IMG/VR virus record: IMGVR_UViG_3300021400_000081 | Span: 1-33,786 of that record | DNA from: a virus | Reading direction: 5' to 3' (one strand) | DNA length: 33,786 nt | Shown here: in pieces, positions 17,769-23,842 of the stretch | Layout: each line of letters starts with the position of its first letter | Position numbering within the stretch: position 1 is the first letter of the stretch | Position numbers and translations under genes: made by a program | The notes under the pieces: model-generated | The model's input: the letters and a program-made list of their open reading frames with translations, nothing else | What the model was told of the DNA's origin: nothing | Database searches by the model: none

Positions 17769-17973
17769 ATAATTTGACTCCTAATCTATCTTTGAATTCA
17801 TCTCTTTTATTTTTATAAACTGCTCTACCACACCAACTACAATATGCTTTTAAAGTTTTATTTGTAATTACAACTCTATGTCCACATTTACAGGTATATG
17901 TATTTTCTTGGAGTGCATTAAAGTATTTCTTTTCTTTTTTAAATCCAGTTGCTTCTAATATTCTGGTGTCCAT
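17752..17973 (-). CDS. Zinc-ribbon protein
   Basis: CKCGH...CSWCG gives two Cys pairs. Confidence 0.5.
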   Translation of the reverse strand: MDTRILEATGFKKEKKYFNALQENTYTCKCGHRVVITNKTLKAYCSWCGRAVYKNKRDEFKDRLGVKLYGRKD

Positions 17974-18227
17974 AATTCGTTATCTACCTTTGGTTCATAT
18001 TTTTGTAAAAGTCTATCTATAATATCTTGTCTAGTGTTTTCTAAATCTTCTCTTGTAATGTTTTCTCCTTTTTCTTTAGCAACACTTATTAGGTATTGAA
18101 TATCTAAACATTTGCCATAATGCTCATCAAATTCTAATACTTTCATCCATCTACCACACATCCTGCAATAAACTCTATCGTTTTCGTAATCTACTACTTT
18201 AGGTGCTTTCTTTTCTTGCTTATCCAT
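17955..18227 (-). CDS. Zinc-binding protein
   Basis: CRMCGR followed by H..KC. Confidence 0.5.
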   Translation of the reverse strand: MDKQEKKAPKVVDYENDRVYCRMCGRWMKVLEFDEHYGKCLDIQYLISVAKEKGENITREDLENTRQDIIDRLLQKYEPKVDNELWTPEY

Positions 18228-18720
18228 TTAAAAGATTCACTCCTTTATTACCTATTTGTAAGTTAGTAATATGTTTATCTTTTAATGTGTTATATTCAGC
18301 TATAAATTCTTTTTTATTCCACTTTTGCTCATCCTGTGTTGATGTACATATTCTATAGAAACCAATGTACTTAACTATTTGTGCAGTGTAAGGGTTTAAA
18401 CTTTCTAGTGCTTCTTTTTCTCTATATGATCCATATTTTCTAACTGCATTAATAACTTTTAACCACTCATCGTTTGCATCTGGAACATCTATTTGTTTAG
18501 CAAGTTTTTCTTTAATAGTTGCAACACTTGGGAAATATTGACTTGTATATCTAATATCATTAATAACTTTGTTAAATTCTTCTTTTGTAGTGTTCTTAAA
18601 ATCTTGATACCAAATTTCAACCATTGCTTCTAAATCAGTTGCACTGAAATCTTTTAATGCTCCTGGATAAGTCATTTTTAAAAGTGTAATGGTATCAACT
18701 ATATCTTTTTTAGTTATCAT
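18220..18720 (-). CDS. G39P-like replicative helicase loader
   Basis: LLKMTYPGAL...EIWYQDFKN...YFPSVATIKEKL follows the SPP1 G39P pattern (aaYP...W...L...kFPPsiaei). It lies downstream of the replisome organiser. Confidence 0.55.
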   Translation of the reverse strand: MITKKDIVDTITLLKMTYPGALKDFSATDLEAMVEIWYQDFKNTTKEEFNKVINDIRYTSQYFPSVATIKEKLAKQIDVPDANDEWLKVINAVRKYGSYREKEALESLNPYTAQIVKYIGFYRICTSTQDEQKWNKKEFIAEYNTLKDKHITNLQIGNKGVNLLNG

Positions 18721-19420
18721 ATTTATCTCTAACTCCTTTCATAATCTCCATAAAACTTTTTTGTTTACTCTTAATAGGCATATTTAAGTAGTTTTCAAAG
18801 TTAGTAGGTCTAAACAATGTAGAAGGTCTTAAATATGGTGTCATATCCTTTTCTCCAGGTTGATTCCATAAGTAGCTCATCTTCTCAACCACTAACATTA
18901 AATCTTCTTCAGTGTACCCATCTTTTAATCTACCTTTGATAAACTTTAATGTGCTTTCACTTGTAGGAGAATACTTTGTATTGTTTAGTTCATTAAGTTT
19001 GTCTATAACTCTCTTACAAATTTCTTTTTCTTTATATATTTCTTTTATACTTGTATTATTAATATTACTTGTATTATTCTCTTTGTCTTTTTGGCAATAC
19101 CCCCCATTGTCTTTTGGCAATACGTATTGACATTTGTCAGTACCTATAATTCGTATAATTCGTTTTTTTATTTCTTTTCCATTTGTTTCATATTCAACTT
19201 CTATATATTTTTTATTTTTTAATTGTGTTATCCATTTACTTATTGCAGAAGCATCAACTTCATATAATCTAGCAAAATAATTATTGGATGCAGTACATAC
19301 TCCATACTTACTAGATAAAGCTGTTATTTCTCCATACATAAGTTTTGCACTTGCTCTTAGATCGGCATCATATCTAACATTGGCAGGTATTACTGCATAG
19401 TAGTTTGGTTTTTCTTCCAT
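18710..19420 (-). CDS. Replisome organiser / replication initiator (N-terminal HTH + conserved phage C-terminus, DnaD-like)
   Basis: The N-terminus YAVIPANVRYDADLRASAKLMYGEITALS is HTH_36-like. The C-terminus RLKDGYTEEDLMLVVEKMSYLW...YLRPSTLFRPTNFENYLN matches the phage conserved C-terminus motif. Confidence 0.75.
   Translation of the reverse strand: MEEKPNYYAVIPANVRYDADLRASAKLMYGEITALSSKYGVCTASNNYFARLYEVDASAISKWITQLKNKKYIEVEYETNGKEIKKRIIRIIGTDKCQYVLPKDNGGYCQKDKENNTSNINNTSIKEIYKEKEICKRVIDKLNELNNTKYSPTSESTLKFIKGRLKDGYTEEDLMLVVEKMSYLWNQPGEKDMTPYLRPSTLFRPTNFENYLNMPIKSKQKSFMEIMKGVRDKYDN
19047..19123. repeat. Candidate origin of replication: two iterons plus an AT-rich direct repeat inside the organiser gene
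   Basis: gtcttt(t)tggcaatac occurs at 19085-19100 and 19109-19123. tacttgtattatt occurs at 19048-19060 and 19066-19078. The inverted repeat tgaca-tt-tgtca lies at 19128-19139. Confidence 0.45.
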
Positions 19421-19421
19421 C

Positions 19422-19658
19422 TTATAACCACTCTTTAATTAAATGAATTCCAGTTTCAACTAAACCAATAGCAATAAACTCCATAAAGAAACCGAAGTAT
19501 GACATTTGATAAAATAAACCACTGAATAATGGGATAATTGCATAACATATTAAATCGTGTATTAATAAACCTGCTCCTAATAATGTAGATAAAACTACTA
19601 AAACTCTAAACCAGTCTATTTTGTATGTACTTTTCTTTTTCTTTAAATTCTTTTTCAT
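19422..19658 (-). CDS. Small integral membrane protein
   Basis: 78 aa with a basic N-terminus KKNLKKKKS followed by two or three hydrophobic helices. It is the first gene after cro. Confidence 0.6.
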   Translation of the reverse strand: MKKNLKKKKSTYKIDWFRVLVVLSTLLGAGLLIHDLICYAIIPLFSGLFYQMSYFGFFMEFIAIGLVETGIHLIKEWL

Positions 19659-19695
19659 AATTGTTATTCTCCTTTCAATTTGATATAATTAAGTT

Positions 19696-19726
19696 GAGAA
19701 CTTTGATACGGGGTTCTCTTTTTTTG
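19696..19726 (+). terminator. Hairpin + T-run oriented on the + strand, between cro and the next early gene
   Basis: gagaac (19696-19701) pairs with gttctc (19713-19718), followed by tttttttg. On the - strand no U run follows the hairpin. Confidence 0.5.
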
Positions 19727-19754
19727 TTTTAACCATCTAAACTTTCTTTGACAG

Positions 19755-19943
19755 TTATTGCAAAAAAATATCTTCAAACTTACACTCTAGAACTTCAAGT
19801 AATTTTACTATCTCTTGAAAACTAAAATGTGCCGTACCATTTTCTTTGTGATTATAGGTTGCTGGTGCAATTCCTATCATTTTTGCTAGTTGAGTTTGAG
19901 TTAAACCCTTCTCAACTCTTTTTGCTTTTAACTTTAGTAGCAT
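19755..19943 (-). CDS. Cro-like XRE-family HTH regulator
   Basis: Contains GLTQTQLAKMIGIAPATYNHKENG. The track start 19979 lies 4 nt from the predicted -10 box. ATG 19943 follows gaaagga at good spacing, and 19952 is an alternative. Confidence 0.75.
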   Translation of the reverse strand: MLLKLKAKRVEKGLTQTQLAKMIGIAPATYNHKENGTAHFSFQEIVKLLEVLECKFEDIFLQ

Positions 19944-19983
19944 AACTATCATCCTTTCTATCAAAACTTCCTTTGACATCTTA

Positions 19984-20012
19984 AATTTACCACTAATAAA
20001 TTATTGTGTCAA
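19984..20012 (-). promoter_or_regulatory. Leftward early promoter
   Basis: On the - strand, TTGACA (20012-20007), a 17-nt spacer, then TAAATT (19989-19984). Confidence 0.6.
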
Positions 20013-20029
20013 TACTTTTTTTGACATTA

Positions 20030-20059
20030 TTGTAAAAATATTTTATTTTATGCTATAAT
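20030..20059 (+). promoter_or_regulatory. Rightward promoter for repressor and integrase
   Basis: TTGTAA (20030-20035), an 18-nt spacer, then the extended -10 TGcTATAAT (20051-20059). An alternative is TTGACA 20021-20026 plus TATTTT 20044-20049. Confidence 0.6.
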
Positions 20060-20078
20060 GTACACAAGAGGTGTAAAT

Positions 20079-20396
20079 ATGGGTAATTTCCAGAAAGAAT
20101 ATGGAGAAAGTGCTTTAATTGATTCTTATTTAAACCAGGCAATTGCAGAAGTTTTAAAAGAATTAAGAGAAGAAAGAAATTGGTCTTATAGTGAACTTGC
20201 TAATAAAATGAAAAATGTCATTAGTCGACAAACTTTAAATAATTATGAATTAGGAAAAACTAAATTAAGGATGAATATGTTTTGTGAACTTGCTAAAGCA
20301 TATAATTTAGAACCTAAAGATTTATACCAAATGATTAATGTTAGATATATTAGCAAATTATCTCAATATATGGAGCAATTAAAAAAAGACAATTAA
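20079..20396 (+). CDS. CI-like XRE-family repressor without a peptidase domain
   Basis: HTH WSYSELANKMKNVISRQTLNNYELGK. The track start 20058 falls inside the -10 box. ATG 20079 follows aagaggtg. Confidence 0.75.
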   Translation: MGNFQKEYGESALIDSYLNQAIAEVLKELREERNWSYSELANKMKNVISRQTLNNYELGKTKLRMNMFCELAKAYNLEPKDLYQMINVRYISKLSQYMEQLKKDN

Positions 20397-20416
20397 ATTG
20401 AAATGGGGGTTCGATT

Positions 20417-21508
20417 ATGTCAATAAAAAAGAAACAACTAAAATCTGGAATTAAATATTGCTTTACTTTAAGATATACTGATATATTTGGAAATACTAAA
20501 CAATATACATCCAAAGGTTATGATACAAAAAAGGAAGCAACTGAAGAAGAAGCAAAGTTTAGAATTAAAGTAGCTGAAAACAAAGTAAATAGTTCTAATT
20601 TAACTTTTAATCAAATATTTACTGAATATATAGAATATCGTAGTAAAGATATGAAAGTTCAGTCTTTAAATAAGCTAAAGAACTTATATAAGATATTTGA
20701 ACCTATAGGAGATGTTAAGATAAACAATTACAACTTAACTCAACATAAACAATTTTTGTTATACATAGAAAGTAAGAAATATTCAGTAGAATACAATAAC
20801 AAGATCATAGGTTTATTAAAAAGGTTGATTAAATATTCAAGTAAATACTATAATACAAGTGAACATATATTAAACTACATAGAGAACTTTAAAAGAGTAA
20901 ATGAAATGAAAAAGGAAATGGAGTTTTTTACTTATGAAGAATATTTAAAGTTTGAATCAGTTATAGATGAATTAGACTACAAAACATTTTTTCAGGTATT
21001 ATACTATTTAGGGTTAAGACAGGGAGAAGCTACTGCACTAACTTGGAGTGATATAGATTTCAATAAAAAAGAAGTTAGCATTAATAAAACACTAACTACT
21101 AAATTAAAAGGGCAATTATACACTATATCAAGCCCAAAGACTGCTAATTCTAATCGTACCCTACCAATTCCATTAAAATTAATAAATGCCCTTCAGGAGC
21201 TAAATAAAAGGGCAAAAAAGAAAAAGTATTATAACGATAACTGGTTTGTATTTGGAGATGAATTACCTTTTAGAGAAACAACAATACAAATGAGAAAGAA
21301 TAAGTATTGCAAATTATCTGGAGTAAAGCAAATAAGAATACACGACTTTAGACATAGTTGTGCAAGTTTCTTAATTAATAATGGTGCAAGTATAGTATTA
21401 GTAAGTAAATATCTAGGACATAGTAAAATTTCAATTACACTAGATACTTATACACACTTATATAAAAATGAATTATTACAGGTATCTAAAATGATAGATA
21501 CCCTATAA
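20417..21508 (+). CDS. int: Tyrosine integrase
   Basis: The C-terminal catalytic region reads LRQGEATAL...HDFRHSCASFLINNG...LGHSKISITLDTYTHLY (R, HxxR, H, Y). Confidence 0.92.
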   Translation: MSIKKKQLKSGIKYCFTLRYTDIFGNTKQYTSKGYDTKKEATEEEAKFRIKVAENKVNSSNLTFNQIFTEYIEYRSKDMKVQSLNKLKNLYKIFEPIGDVKINNYNLTQHKQFLLYIESKKYSVEYNNKIIGLLKRLIKYSSKYYNTSEHILNYIENFKRVNEMKKEMEFFTYEEYLKFESVIDELDYKTFFQVLYYLGLRQGEATALTWSDIDFNKKEVSINKTLTTKLKGQLYTISSPKTANSNRTLPIPLKLINALQELNKRAKKKKYYNDNWFVFGDELPFRETTIQMRKNKYCKLSGVKQIRIHDFRHSCASFLINNGASIVLVSKYLGHSKISITLDTYTHLYKNELLQVSKMIDTL

Positions 21509-21518
21509 TTTAACCAAA

Positions 21519-21541
21519 ATTGTGGTTTATGATGTGGTCTA
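21519..21541 (+). repeat. Arm-type repeat pair (attgtggttta / gatgtggtcta)
   Basis: The TGTGGTYTA motif occurs twice in tandem. The same pair recurs at 21704..21725. Confidence 0.6.
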
Positions 21542-21555
21542 TCTATATTAAGGAA

Positions 21556-21581
21556 TAAAAAAATCGTTGATTTACAACGAT
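21556..21581 (-). terminator. Hairpin with a U run on the - strand
   Basis: atcgttg (21563-21569) pairs with caacgat (21575-21581). The plus-strand A run 21556-21563 precedes it, which gives a U run after the hairpin on the - strand. Confidence 0.4.
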
Positions 21582-21703
21582 ATAATAACAATATGGTGGA
21601 GCATAGCGGTATGATTTATAAATATCACTATTGATAAAAAACCTATTGAAACCAACATATTATATATATAGATAGATACTCCAAAACCCTAATTTTTAAA
21701 TAA

Positions 21704-21725
21704 ATTGTGGTCTAGATGTGGTCTA
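21704..21725 (+). repeat. Arm-type repeat pair (attgtggtcta / gatgtggtcta)
   Basis: Same orientation and sequence as the 21519..21541 pair. Confidence 0.6.
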
Positions 21726-21738
21726 GAAAGGAGTATAT

Positions 21739-22047
21739 ATGAAAAGAAAGTCAAATAAATTATCTAAATTAGAAAGAAGCAGATTTAGTGTATTTTACGA
21801 ATTAGGAGTATGTATGTATTGTGGCAGTACATATCAACCTACTATACACGAAATCTTTGAAGGTAGGAATAGACAAAACTCTATGAGATATGGTTTTACT
21901 TTACCATTATGTTTAGAGTGTCATAGAAAACTACAAAATAATAAAGAATTCCAGGATCATTGGAAACAAAAAGCACAAAGCTACTTTGAAGAACATATTG
22001 GTACTCACGATGAATTTATGAGAATATTTAGAAGAAACTATAAGTAA
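21739..22047 (+). CDS. Zinc-finger HNH-like nuclease-family protein
   Basis: Contains CMYCGS...HEIFEGRNRQNS...LPLCLECH (CxxC...H...CxxCH). It is the first gene after attP. Confidence 0.45.
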   Translation: MKRKSNKLSKLERSRFSVFYELGVCMYCGSTYQPTIHEIFEGRNRQNSMRYGFTLPLCLECHRKLQNNKEFQDHWKQKAQSYFEEHIGTHDEFMRIFRRNYK

Positions 22048-22125
22048 GATGTCGTAAAAATGTCATACGAACCAGGTTTATAATAAAAGTGTGATGGAAA
22101 AAGTGAAAAAGTCGCAAACCCATAT
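22042..22125 (+). promoter_or_regulatory. Promoter-like cassette copy 1 (direct half-sites + TATAAT)
   Basis: Contains ATGTCGTA 22049-22056, ATGTCATA 22060-22067 and TATAAT 22079-22084. Conserved downstream blocks are 22091-22105 and 22107-22115. A paralogous copy lies at 27467..27579. Confidence 0.5.
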
Positions 22126-22711
22126 ATGTCTTTAAAAGATAAATTATTTAAAAAAGTTTTTAAGCACTCGAATCACACACTGCACTTATCTTTTAAAGGG
22201 ATAGGTGCTTTCATTATTATTCCCCCAGTTGCCTTTGTAGGCAACATAGAGCAGGTATTTTTTTATTTTCAATTTGATATAGGCATAGGACTCCTTTTCT
22301 TCATATAAACCTTGTTTCTTTTTCAATACCTGTTCTATGGTGTCTATAAGACTTTAAAACATTGTACATTAAGTTGTGCTAATCTGCCTATCTTATTCTA
22401 TTGCAGAAGTGATTAGATACCACTTTCTAAGAATGTGTGTGCTATCATTATGGGTAGCATAGAGTAGATATATAAAATAAGTTGTGGTACACGTTGTTTA
22501 TTATTGCAATAATAGACTTTCCACTGCGTCAAGTAGGCTTTTATAAATACTAGTTAAATAAAAGCAAAAAGTAGTTATATCTATTCTATGGTACTTATAA
22601 GAGTACCGATTCTGGTCTAAATTGTTAGTGCAACCTTATCGGTTGCATAGGATAGGTGTTTCTTACAGTTCACTCTCGACGCCTGTCCTATGGTGCTTAT
22701 AAGGAGAAACA
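22085..22711 (+). ncRNA. Large structured non-coding RNA or 5' leader with three paralogous hairpin + long-range-stem units
   Basis: - Unit A: hairpin 22228-22245; stem 22245-22255 with 22329-22339.
- Unit B: hairpin 22440-22459; stem 22458-22469 with 22579-22590.
- Unit C: hairpin 22629-22647; stem 22646-22658 with 22680-22692.
- The units differ by compensatory changes, and all non-Watson-Crick pairs are G:U on the + strand.
- No credible CDS is present. Confidence 0.55.
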
Positions 22712-23104
22712 ATGAAAAGAATTACAAAAGAAATGCTTAAAATTTATAAGCCCTATTCTAATATGGACTGGATGAATTACCGACTAGTAAGAAAAGATAT
22801 GACATTTCACCATTTAACAAAACGTGTAGATGGTGGAAAACAAATAATCACTAATGGTGCTTTATTAATGCCTATAGCTCATCAATACTTACATTTAATA
22901 GAAATAAGAGATATAAGAACATATGAAGCAATTAATCGTATATTTAGGTTAGTAAATGACCAAGAACACGAACCTACTAGGGAACAAAGAGAAATAGTTG
23001 AATATTTATTAAGAGAGTTTGAATCAGTACATAGATGGGATAAGAATAGTAAAGGAGATTTACTTATTCAAAAAAAATATAAAGAAAGAGAGAGAATATT
23101 ATGA
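22712..23104 (+). CDS. HNH endonuclease (packaging-associated type)
   Basis: Contains TFHHLTKRVDGGKQIITNGALLMPIAHQYLH (HH...N...H). SD aaggag lies upstream. Confidence 0.75.
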   Translation: MKRITKEMLKIYKPYSNMDWMNYRLVRKDMTFHHLTKRVDGGKQIITNGALLMPIAHQYLHLIEIRDIRTYEAINRIFRLVNDQEHEPTREQREIVEYLLREFESVHRWDKNSKGDLLIQKKYKERERIL

Positions 23105-23520
23105 AATATGAGTTCATTAAAGTTGATGATGATAATATTACGCTTAAATATAAAGACAAAGAGTTTAATATTAAAAAAGACATAGACTTATTAAAAAAAT
23201 TAGGTTCTATTCAACAAAAAGCAAAAATAAAAATGATGGCAGATTTAAAAAAAGATGGCTTAACTGTTAGTGATTTAGAAGTAGAAAGACACGAAGGCAA
23301 TAAAACTATAATAGATAAGTCTAATCTTACTAATCTGGAAAAAGACTACCTAGATATTGTAGCAAGTGAAATATTAAATGAAATTACATTAAAATATACT
23401 AACAAAGGTTTACTAGAGATATTTAACGACATAGGTTTAAATGATGATGAAAGTGTCAAATTTGCTTATGACTTATTATTTGCATTAAAGGGAGAATTAT
23501 CTCCCAGTGGGAAAAAGTAA
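23101..23520 (+). CDS. Hypothetical protein (tail-assembly-chaperone-like pattern, uncertain)
   Basis: 139 aa. The N-terminus ITLKYKDKEFNIKKDIDLLKKLGSI resembles the common chaperone pattern i.l.Gkey.l.f....l..l. The 3' end carries gggaaaaag and overlaps the next ORF. Confidence 0.5.
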   Translation: MKYEFIKVDDDNITLKYKDKEFNIKKDIDLLKKLGSIQQKAKIKMMADLKKDGLTVSDLEVERHEGNKTIIDKSNLTNLEKDYLDIVASEILNEITLKYTNKGLLEIFNDIGLNDDESVKFAYDLLFALKGELSPSGKK

Positions 23521-23842
23521 AACTTATTTCAGTTTTGCTTATCCTAGTGATCTAGACCAAGCATATGCTTTTTATTGTGCTAGATATGAAAATATAAGTT
23601 TTAAAGAATTTTTAGGTTTAGGAATAACTGACTTTATGAAAAAATTTCAAAGTATTCCAGAAAGCGAACCATTATATAAGATATTAAAGTCTAGAAAGAT
23701 AGATTTAAGAAAAATAAAAGATAAAAATGAAAGAAAGTATTGGAGTGAACTAAAAAGAGCTAATGCTATTCCTAGTGAATATCTATCTACTGAAGAAATA
23801 ATATCTAATTTTACAAATTTAACAAAGGAGAATAAATTATGA
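23507..23842 (+). CDS. Hypothetical protein
   Basis: 111 aa with a GTG start 12 nt after aagggag. It lies in the +1 frame relative to, and overlaps by 14 nt, the preceding ORF. Confidence 0.5.
   Translation: MGKSKTYFSFAYPSDLDQAYAFYCARYENISFKEFLGLGITDFMKKFQSIPESEPLYKILKSRKIDLRKIKDKNERKYWSELKRANAIPSEYLSTEEIISNFTNLTKENKL

Larger units (their letters stand above)
21509..21738. other. attP region
   Basis: A non-coding 230 nt directly downstream of int. Two pairs of direct arm-type repeats flank an AT-rich centre. Confidence 0.65.

Noticed and set aside
20058-20078. Upstream start codons proposed by the ORF track (20058, and likewise 3265, 7410, 19979, 27562, 32816 and 33205)
   Set aside because: Each lacks an SD or lies inside a promoter box or the upstream gene. 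A downstream ATG with a well-spaced GGAGG-like SD exists in every case.
22126-22308. 60-aa ORF MSLKDKLFKK... inside the large intergenic region
   Set aside because: It has no SD upstream (gtcgcaaacccatat ATG) and a low-complexity hydrophobic tail. It overlaps hairpin A and the 5' arm of stem A. It shares only its first codons (atatgtcttt) with the 27580 ORF, because of the repeated cassette. I treat it as non-coding, though a short leader peptide cannot be excluded.
22228-22703. Whether the three repeated units could be a CRISPR array or tRNA genes
   Set aside because: The repeats are not identical and are not regularly spaced (about 250 and 100 nt apart). They are defined by pairing rather than by sequence. 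No cloverleaf, T-loop (TTCRA) or anticodon-loop geometry fits any of the hairpins.
23509-23517. gggaaaaag as a canonical -1 frameshift site (lambda G/GT or dnaX type)
   Set aside because: The heptamer is out of phase with the zero frame, and the -1 frame closes after 12 codons (VKLISVLLILVI stop). Only a +1 event or normal GTG initiation reaches the downstream ORF, so a standard -1 G/GT frameshift is rejected.
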